From a virus (lineage: Duplodnaviria > Caudoviricetes): a stretch of 64,000 nt of DNA. A program made the position numbers and the translations under genes. This document shows, one piece after another, positions 56,919 through 64,000 of this stretch (position 1 is the stretch's first letter; the number at the start of each line of letters is the position of its first letter). Where the stretch lies: positions 32,001-96,000 of IMG/VR virus record IMGVR_UViG_3300005076_000002; one strand, 5' to 3'. Under the pieces are notes generated by a model. The model saw only the letters and a program-made list of their open reading frames with translations. It had not been told where the DNA came from and made no database searches.

Positions 56919-57512
56919 ATGGAAAATATCGAGCATATCGAATACGATCCCGACGTCAAAATGGCGCCGATGGAACTGCACGAACTGAACAACGTAGAGG
57001 CAATCCTCAAAACTGTTCAGCTCAACCCCATCAGTAACTACACCTATTCGCAGTTCCGACAAAAGCTCCTGCCTATCATTGCCACGGCATCCACCGGCGA
57101 GTTTAATATCACTGCCTGGCTGGAGGAAGTAGAACACCCGTTCGTAGAAGTACATATCTACGATGGCGACACCCTACGCTACAAAATCCCGCCGTTGCTC
57201 GATCAGCAAGAAACAGTTGTTCCGGCCGACGGCTCCCGCATTGGCGACCACATCCAGGAGCTGCTGTCTATCCGTTCCGGCAGTGTGCAGCAGGCTAACC
57301 GTGTGATGCTCAATGCATTGTCGCGTACTAGCGATGCTTCCTACGATCGCCTGGAGCGGGCCAATGCCGTGCTCAAAGCACTCAATGTAATTCTCACCGA
57401 CCACAACTACCCGCCTGTACCGCTGGGCGAAGTTCGTGCTACTGACCAAATTGACGCTCCTAACGCGGTAAGTGAGGATGTCGTCGTTGTAACCGGATAC
57501 GACCCACTGTGA
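56919..57512 (+). CDS. Conserved hypothetical protein (phiKZ gp64-like position)
   Basis: AAGGAG SD; F....LP, W......PF.EV, IPPL motifs. Confidence 0.65.
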   Translation: MENIEHIEYDPDVKMAPMELHELNNVEAILKTVQLNPISNYTYSQFRQKLLPIIATASTGEFNITAWLEEVEHPFVEVHIYDGDTLRYKIPPLLDQQETVVPADGSRIGDHIQELLSIRSGSVQQANRVMLNALSRTSDASYDRLERANAVLKALNVILTDHNYPPVPLGEVRATDQIDAPNAVSEDVVVVTGYDPL

Positions 57513-58642
57513 AACGTTTGCCTGTAGTGCCGTCAAAACCGAGCGGCGCTTTCCGCTCCCTTACCATCTCTGACCTGCACTGGGGGCATCGTAATACATT
57601 TACTGCACATGCACTGGACAATCTTAGGAACAACGTCATTAATGTGGCGGTACTGTCTTCGGTAGATGTCCTGTTTATCACAGGAGACGTGTTTGATCGT
57701 CTCCTCACTATTCCCCAAGGCGGCGAGATATACTCGTTCGTTGTCGAACTGTTGACCCTTTGCAAGAAAACCAACACGCCGATTCGTTTATTGGAAGGTA
57801 CACCATCCCACGATTGGAAGCAGAGTAAGATCTTTGTTACCATCAACGAATCCAATGGCATTGGTGCTGATCTGCTTTATGTAGATACGCTCGCTATTGT
57901 AAAGGATCCTACGCTGCCTTATGTTATCGGCTACATTCCTGACGAAATCCGGGCTACGCCAGAAATAGCCACACGAGATTTCAAGGAGCTCATGGTTACC
58001 AATGGTTATCAGCAACTAGATTTCATCTTGATGCATGGTCTATTCGAGTTCCAACTGCCGATAGAGTTACCCTCCTATAGTTCCGAAGAGTTCATGCCGC
58101 TGGCCAAGTACATGATCTTTATTGGACACGACCACAATCGAAAGGAGAAAGGTAATATTATTATACCTGGCTCCCATGACCGTAATGCACATGGTGAAGA
58201 AGGTGAGAAAGGTGCGATCATCACCGACATCGTCGATGAGAAGTGCTACAACTACTTTATACCCAACGTCGGCGCTATGCCTTACATTACGCTTTCCTGT
58301 CAGGAAATGACAGACGAGGCGGTAGTAGCGTTGGTAGAAAAAACGGTCAGTGAAATGTCAGGTGGGTATTTGTCCATTAAACTCAATGGCGATACCAATC
58401 TCAAGACACAAGCTAAGCAGTGGGTTAAACGTACCGTACCGACGATCAAAGTGGACTATGTGTCCAATGCGATAACGCGGGAAATTACAACCGAGATGTT
58501 CAAAACACGCCACCTCGGCGTAAATATAAGCAGCGATACTGTATCCCAACTTATCTGTGACGAAGTTTGTGAAAGTGCAACCGATGATGAGTTGGCGCAA
58601 ATTAAACGGACTATCGAACAGATAAAGTCCAAGGTTAAGTAG
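57509..58642 (+). CDS. sbcD: SbcD/Mre11-like metallophosphoesterase nuclease
   Basis: SDLH, GDVFD, LEGTPSHD, MHG, GHDH, GS.DR..HGEE motifs. Confidence 0.88.
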   Translation: MKRLPVVPSKPSGAFRSLTISDLHWGHRNTFTAHALDNLRNNVINVAVLSSVDVLFITGDVFDRLLTIPQGGEIYSFVVELLTLCKKTNTPIRLLEGTPSHDWKQSKIFVTINESNGIGADLLYVDTLAIVKDPTLPYVIGYIPDEIRATPEIATRDFKELMVTNGYQQLDFILMHGLFEFQLPIELPSYSSEEFMPLAKYMIFIGHDHNRKEKGNIIIPGSHDRNAHGEEGEKGAIITDIVDEKCYNYFIPNVGAMPYITLSCQEMTDEAVVALVEKTVSEMSGGYLSIKLNGDTNLKTQAKQWVKRTVPTIKVDYVSNAITREITTEMFKTRHLGVNISSDTVSQLICDEVCESATDDELAQIKRTIEQIKSKVK

Positions 58643-58649
58643 AGGGTTT

Positions 58650-59477
58650 ATGGAATCTTTAGATAGGACGTTAGGCTTCTTCCCGATGTCTATCGGGACG
58701 TCGCTGGCATTCGAAGGGCTGTTTCGTGTAGGCGATCATGCAGATATGCCCGGTAAGGTCAATCATGATTCTTACGAGGCTGTCTACATCAACATGCGCA
58801 CTTTGGTGCGCAATGTCATTCAGGCCTATGAGTCTGATGCTATCAACTACATTAAGAACGAGTCGATCATCGAAGGGGTGGAGCAAGATCAAGGACAGAT
58901 CATCTCCACGATGGCAGAGATGGCACCTAACAAAAAGGTAGTGTTCTATATCTGCACTCATGAAAGTTTGAACCGCAAATACCCTAATGCACGGTTTAAA
59001 GTGGCCGAGACTCCCAAGCAGCTCCTTTTGGAAGCGCTGGAGACTGGGGTGCTTACTTACTTCCATGATCTGATGAAAGAATCCGAACCGGATAATATTT
59101 TCGATTTGGATATTTCCAGCACGCTTCGTACGCTGATACTGACACATCAGCCGTTGGACCTTTTGTCCAACTATAAGTTCCCCGACCTGTACTTGCTGGA
59201 ATCGCATACCGGCAAAATCAAGTCAAAGCGGGACTGGTACACGAAGCTGAATATCAAAAAAGAAATCATGTGCATTCCGTTCACAAAGGCGATGCTGCAA
59301 ATCTTTGGCGATGGCGCTATGTTCCTTGCGCAAGACCTCAAGGTTAGGCGTGAGCTGGTAGTTATCGGCAATAAACGCAAGTGGAACGGTATGACCACCC
59401 ATAGCCGAATGATCGAAGACATTAAGTTGGAGTATGAGCCCCATCTCTATGACTTCGTGGTAAAAATGGGTCGCTAA
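58650..59477 (+). CDS. Conserved protein (phiKZ gp66-like; possible PIN/FEN-like nuclease)
   Basis: SIGTSLAFE, IN.RTL.RN, TH...DLL, LLESHTG, IFGD motifs. Confidence 0.6.
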   Translation: MESLDRTLGFFPMSIGTSLAFEGLFRVGDHADMPGKVNHDSYEAVYINMRTLVRNVIQAYESDAINYIKNESIIEGVEQDQGQIISTMAEMAPNKKVVFYICTHESLNRKYPNARFKVAETPKQLLLEALETGVLTYFHDLMKESEPDNIFDLDISSTLRTLILTHQPLDLLSNYKFPDLYLLESHTGKIKSKRDWYTKLNIKKEIMCIPFTKAMLQIFGDGAMFLAQDLKVRRELVVIGNKRKWNGMTTHSRMIEDIKLEYEPHLYDFVVKMGR

Positions 59478-59532
59478 CTTTAATTTTAACTAGGACGTCT
59501 ATCATTTAGACGTCAACAATGGACATTTTAAA

Positions 59533-60366
59533 ATGAGTGAACAATACAGCGCAGCTAAACCGACTCCGAAACTTCTCGGTGATCGTACCTTCTCCCCGGC
59601 CTCCATCCAAGGTGGTAACGTAAGTCGTGCCCGTGTTTCTATCACCAACAACTGTATCGCCATCGCTGCTGATACCGGCGGCGAGCGTTGGACCAACGCC
59701 TACCTTCCGATCGTAGAGTGGGAAATGTTCGCTATGGCCGTTCAGCAAGCCGTGGTGTCCAAGGAACCCATCCATCTGACCGTAGACATTTCCAAGGGTC
59801 GTCAGGGCCAGGCTGTTCTGGATGCCATCCTGGGCGTAGGTCGTGATGAAGAAGGTATCCTGTTCCTGTCCGTGGCAGCGCCCAATGCCCGTGAGGTTCG
59901 CTTCACCTTCATGCCTAACCACAACTACCGCTGGAAGGCTAATGGTCAGGAGATGACCTCCAACGAGATCTCTCGCCGCAATGCCCAAGCCTGGGTCAAT
60001 GGCGTTAACCGTGTACTGCCTCTGGACTTCCAGGCCCACTTTGCTGCCTATGAAGGTGGTAACGGCCGTCAAGGCGGCGGCGGCAACAACTTCGGCGGCC
60101 AGAAGAAACAATGGGGCGGTCAGAAGAAGCAGTGGGGTGGTAATGGTGGCGGCGGCTATAACGGCGGCGGCAACAACAACTATCCGAAGAAGCAGTACAA
60201 TAACCAGGGTGGTGGCAACAATAACTACAATGGCGGCGGTAACAACGGCTACAATGGCGGTGGTCAGCAGAACTACCAACAGCAAGCTCCGCAGCAACAG
60301 CAGCAATACACTCCGCCGGCCCCGGCCAGTGTTAACTTCGAAGAGTACGTCGGGCAGCTCCCTTAA
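59533..60366 (+). CDS. chmC: Nucleus-associated RNA-binding protein ChmC/Imp6-like (phiKZ gp67-like)
   Basis: Folded N-terminal domain plus a G/N/Y/Q-rich disordered tail; immediately upstream of the gp68- and gp69-like genes. Confidence 0.72.
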   Translation: MSEQYSAAKPTPKLLGDRTFSPASIQGGNVSRARVSITNNCIAIAADTGGERWTNAYLPIVEWEMFAMAVQQAVVSKEPIHLTVDISKGRQGQAVLDAILGVGRDEEGILFLSVAAPNAREVRFTFMPNHNYRWKANGQEMTSNEISRRNAQAWVNGVNRVLPLDFQAHFAAYEGGNGRQGGGGNNFGGQKKQWGGQKKQWGGNGGGGYNGGGNNNYPKKQYNNQGGGNNNYNGGGNNGYNGGGQQNYQQQAPQQQQQYTPPAPASVNFEEYVGQLP

Positions 60367-60410
60367 TCAAATGGCAGGCGAGGAAACTCGCCTGCTTGTA
60401 TGCCTCGCCC

Positions 60411-60441
60411 CAAAACTTTTTGGGCATATATTATCAGTGTG
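60411..60441 (+). promoter_or_regulatory. Early-type promoter of the gp68/picA-like operon
   Basis: AAAAC...GCA-TATATTATC (60427-60435)-AGT-GTG. Confidence 0.65.
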
Positions 60442-60464
60442 ACGTTGTTGACTAAGGAGTTCTA

Positions 60465-62042
60465 ATGAAGCTCGTAGTAGAAATGCCGAAGGACGATGCA
60501 GATCGTAAACGCAAAAAGGATTGCGGTGATCTAAAGGTAGTTCATAATGGCAAAGAGTTGCACTTCGGCGTATTTATTGCGCCAAACGGTTGGGGCCATA
60601 CCCCTACTGAACTGTTTGTAGAAATCAACATGTTCTGGGCAGCGCAATCTGCGGCGCGCCAAGACGAGATCTTCAAATGCTACGAGGAGATTGAGCAGCT
60701 GTTCAGCCGCGAGTCTAACTCCGGCAAAATCTGCATTGCATTGCAGCAGATGGTTATCCCGTTACTGGATGTTTATCATTCTACCGAACTCGTTAGTGCA
60801 TTTGCTAACAAGATCGATATCGAATATCCAACTAACGCGGAAGATGAGTTCAATAGTAATGATGCCCGCAAGCATCGTGAAATGACTTATCTGCGTCATG
60901 AGTATTTTGATCTTGCAGTAATTGCCATTATCCTGCGGACGCTGTTGCCGGTATGGAACATGTTCCGTGAATGTTTGGAAGGCGATGCCAGTAAGAAGGC
61001 CTCTGCCTACATCGATCTGGAAATCCTGCGCACGATCAAGTACACCGAGTTCGGTGCATGCCATCAGATGATGCGCCTGCTCAGTTATACCACGGCCACC
61101 TATAAATGCCAGGACAGTAGCGGTGAGCTGAGCTCCATCGTATCTGGTCTCGGGTCTGTATCTATTCCCGATTACATCTTTGCAAGTGCTCTGTCAAATA
61201 AGTTGATCACGACGCCGCTGTCTGCTAATAAAGCAGGTACGACGCTCATCAGCGCCATCTTCAATAAGGTGAAGCAGGACTGTAACCACCTGGGTGAAAA
61301 GTTCCCGCAGCGCGTTAGACACCGTCTGGATAACCGGATGGGCGATGAAGATGATAAGATCGGTTATCTGGAATCTTACGCAGTGCGTCAAGAAGCCAGT
61401 AACGACGTCTATCTATTGTCCCAGATTTATCTGTACGACTACAGAAAAGCACGTGCCGATCTTGACCCTACCATCCCTCCAAAGTTGGTGGCCGAATGTC
61501 TGAAATCGTTCAGTAGCGTTAATTTTAACAAGCACGTCCCTATTATGGGAGGTAACAACCTGCTCCCAGTCCACCAGACTGTAGTGCAGTGGGTTCTGTC
61601 TCCGATAGTCAGTCCGAGAACGATTCCGTTCATCGACAGACGTGCAATGATTAACGCGATGGCGATTACACAAGCTGCGCTCATCCATTGGGAGCTGCAC
61701 GGTCTGGCCCGTACGCTCTGCTATATGCTGGAGCCGTCCGACGAAGACGACATGATCACGCCAATGCTGCCGGTTGATACGGCGTTGAAGGCAAAGATTG
61801 AAAAGGCTTATCCCTACTGGCGTAAGGAGAAAAATAAGGATACTGCAAAGAACATGTATCCAGCACTTATTTCTATCGAAGAGTATTGTCTGCTGCTCAT
61901 CGGGAGAAAGTGGAATGTTGTTGCAACGGATGAAGTTAAAGAGCTTCTGAAGTTCAAAGATGGCGATCGTGTCATTGATATGCATATCAAGTCAGAGATC
62001 GCGTCCCTGTTTATCATGCATCAATCTAGAAACGATAAATAA
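60465..62042 (+). CDS. nvRNAP promoter-specificity (sigma-like) subunit, phiKZ gp68-like
   Basis: 525 aa; F.EIN.FW, Q..IF..Y, TY...EY..L, LESY motifs; synteny. Confidence 0.75.
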   Translation: MKLVVEMPKDDADRKRKKDCGDLKVVHNGKELHFGVFIAPNGWGHTPTELFVEINMFWAAQSAARQDEIFKCYEEIEQLFSRESNSGKICIALQQMVIPLLDVYHSTELVSAFANKIDIEYPTNAEDEFNSNDARKHREMTYLRHEYFDLAVIAIILRTLLPVWNMFRECLEGDASKKASAYIDLEILRTIKYTEFGACHQMMRLLSYTTATYKCQDSSGELSSIVSGLGSVSIPDYIFASALSNKLITTPLSANKAGTTLISAIFNKVKQDCNHLGEKFPQRVRHRLDNRMGDEDDKIGYLESYAVRQEASNDVYLLSQIYLYDYRKARADLDPTIPPKLVAECLKSFSSVNFNKHVPIMGGNNLLPVHQTVVQWVLSPIVSPRTIPFIDRRAMINAMAITQAALIHWELHGLARTLCYMLEPSDEDDMITPMLPVDTALKAKIEKAYPYWRKEKNKDTAKNMYPALISIEEYCLLLIGRKWNVVATDEVKELLKFKDGDRVIDMHIKSEIASLFIMHQSRNDK

Positions 62043-62060
62043 TAAAGTCCAGGAGTAAAC

Positions 62061-63644
62061 ATGTATATCCAGAAACTGATGATGGTAGAAGTTGCGAACC
62101 TTGAAGAGGTTTATCGCCGTCCGTTCGAACTGACGGTCGATGGCGATATTATTCGCCTTCTCGAAGATGCCATCTCTCGAGATGCGGGGCAGTTTCGTCC
62201 ACAGCTGGTACTCGATGCCGTAGGGCGCGGATTGACCCTTTCGAGTGACCGTGAAAAGGTATCGCTTGGCGCTGGTAAGTTTAGCGACTCGCGCTTCCGC
62301 TTCATACTCGAAGTAGTGGTGGATCAAGTAGATGGTTCCATGCCCGGTTCCCGTCTGATCGTCTGTGGCTACACTGACCGTGTGGATATGTCTCATAACG
62401 ACCGGATGGCGCCCGATATGCGCTTCTACGTTAACAACGTGGTTGGTATTCGCGACATCCCTCGCGTAGTGCGTGGTCGTAAATACATCGACTCCCAAGT
62501 AGTCGATAACTTCCAGATTCTGTTGGGTGAGTACAATTCTCCCAGTAATACCCGCCGTGGTCAGAATGAGTATCTGATGCGTCCACGTGACGTATTCCGT
62601 ACCATTGAAAAGCACACGTCCATGGGTGACCTGGAAGACGATAGCCCCATCATCGACACCCGCACTATGTTCTGTAGTGGTGTGGAAACCAACCGTGGTC
62701 GTAATAACCAGCGCGCACGTTATCTGTCTACCCTGATGGAAGCGGACCGTGCCGGTAAGTCCGAGCAAGCAGTTTACGGCAATGATCTGTTCGAGGCTAC
62801 TCGCGACAGCGCAGCGTCCGATGTAGTAAGCGAACCTCGCATTATTCGTAACCCGTTCCTCCAGATCCTGTCCCAGCGTTCTGCCTTCCAAGACGAAGGT
62901 TGTTTTGAATACCGCGACTTGGTCGAGTTCACGCATCTGCGGAGCATGACTGATCTGGATAAGCTGACTAAGTTCAGCCTGATCCAGGATAACCAGTTTA
63001 ACTTCGAGTCTGAGCGTTGGAACGACAATAGTGCTGAAGTAATCACTGTTGCTACCTTCTGCCAAGAAATCCCGGCATTGATGGTAGACTGCCTGTTCTC
63101 TTACCTGAACTTCAAGGTAAGTAACCTGTCCCTGATCGACGGCCAGCCCGAGTTCGAGTATATCGAGTGGGGTAACTTTGTCGAACTCCACAACAACGAA
63201 CGGATGATGGAAGCATTCAAGAACCGTTTCATCCGTGAAATCTTCAACCTCGTTACCAACGACGACCAGCTCGTTATCGACCTGGAGATCGAGGCCGAGG
63301 TAGGTGGTATGACTGGAATCGAAGTATCGTTTGACGGTGGCCGTTTCGAACGCTACACCTTCCCGTCGTTCTGCGACGGCATTGTAGCGCCGGTAGTGAC
63401 CGATGACGCAAATAAGCTGGAAAACATTGCCCGTAAATACGGCAGCATCCGTAAGGACATTGTAGACCCGCTGATGCTCAACGAGCTCATTCTGCCGGAA
63501 ACCGGTCTCGACCGCCGCCTGCGTGGTGATGACAACCAGTCACGCCGTGATACCGACCGTGGTAATAAGAAGGTAGAAATCTTTACCGGTTCGGACGTAC
63601 CATCTTCCCGCCGCGACAGCAGTCGTGTAATCAAATTGATCTAA
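62061..63644 (+). CDS. picA: Nuclear protein importer PicA/Imp1 (phiKZ gp69-like)
   Basis: YRRPF, RFRFIL, GYTD, D..FYVN, MRP.DV, Y.FPSFCD...PV motifs; synteny. Confidence 0.8.
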   Translation: MYIQKLMMVEVANLEEVYRRPFELTVDGDIIRLLEDAISRDAGQFRPQLVLDAVGRGLTLSSDREKVSLGAGKFSDSRFRFILEVVVDQVDGSMPGSRLIVCGYTDRVDMSHNDRMAPDMRFYVNNVVGIRDIPRVVRGRKYIDSQVVDNFQILLGEYNSPSNTRRGQNEYLMRPRDVFRTIEKHTSMGDLEDDSPIIDTRTMFCSGVETNRGRNNQRARYLSTLMEADRAGKSEQAVYGNDLFEATRDSAASDVVSEPRIIRNPFLQILSQRSAFQDEGCFEYRDLVEFTHLRSMTDLDKLTKFSLIQDNQFNFESERWNDNSAEVITVATFCQEIPALMVDCLFSYLNFKVSNLSLIDGQPEFEYIEWGNFVELHNNERMMEAFKNRFIREIFNLVTNDDQLVIDLEIEAEVGGMTGIEVSFDGGRFERYTFPSFCDGIVAPVVTDDANKLENIARKYGSIRKDIVDPLMLNELILPETGLDRRLRGDDNQSRRDTDRGNKKVEIFTGSDVPSSRRDSSRVIKLI

Positions 63645-63656
63645 TTGGAGAAAACA

Positions 63657-64000
63657 ATGAGTAAGGAATCGTTGGCCACTCCGGTAACGGAGCTTTACAC
63701 CAGCATCATCAAAGCGATGTATCTGGACGTTAACGAGGACGGGGTGGTGATCTCACCCCTTTCCGACAATAAGCCGATGCAAATCGGTGAGAACATCGTA
63801 GTAGTACCGACGACCGAGCGCATCAAAGATGATGACTGGGAAGGATGCCACGCATTCCATCCGCTCTGTGAAGACTCCGTAATGGGTCAGTCTGAAACCA
63901 TCCACTGGCTGGTATCCCGTGCGACCGCTGCGATTACGCTGCGTATCGTAACGCTGATGTCCAACCTACTGGAAGTCGCGTACAAAACTGAACTGCAAGC
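63657..64000 (+). CDS. phiKZ gp70-like protein (partial, runs off the window)
   Basis: GGAG SD; MSKESLATPVTELYTSII...AFHPLCEDSVMGQS. Confidence 0.7.
   Translation, partial: MSKESLATPVTELYTSIIKAMYLDVNEDGVVISPLSDNKPMQIGENIVVVPTTERIKDDDWEGCHAFHPLCEDSVMGQSETIHWLVSRATAAITLRIVTLMSNLLEVAYKTELQ

Noticed and set aside
1-64000. CRISPR array, tRNA genes, IS elements, alternative genetic code
   Set aside because: No regularly spaced repeats, cloverleafs or transposases seen by eye; core genes translate full length in the standard code.

Overview
This window is part of a nucleus-forming jumbo phage genome (phiKZ-like, Chimalliviridae), with a gene order resembling Salmonella phage SPN3US. From left to right it holds: the tail-tip gene (gp182-like, partial) and the giant tail lytic transglycosylase (gp181-like); virion RNA polymerase subunits and the prohead protease; an accessory block; tail tube and sheath; capsid/virion proteins and terminase; a second accessory block; a ~1 kb non-coding region; a cluster of small early genes; split family-B DNA polymerase; chimallin (ChmA); a non-virion RNAP beta' subunit; SbcD; ChmC; a gp68-like sigma-like subunit; and the PicA/Imp1 importer. 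Orthologue names come from motifs I recognise plus synteny, not from database searches. The strongest unexplained signal is a ~600-nt, nested-helix, apparently non-coding RNA on the minus strand (about 41349 to 40720). It lies between a TATG late-promoter motif and a bidirectional terminator, and next to an AT-rich, palindrome-dense origin/pac-like region, at the locus where phiKZ has phuZ. Other notable items: a gp28-like capsid protein fused through G-M-E protease sites to an ejection-protein-like module; duplicated promoter-hairpin/terminator cassettes; a degenerate ATP-dependent-ligase-like gene; a cationic 42-aa peptide; and arrays of small paralogues.
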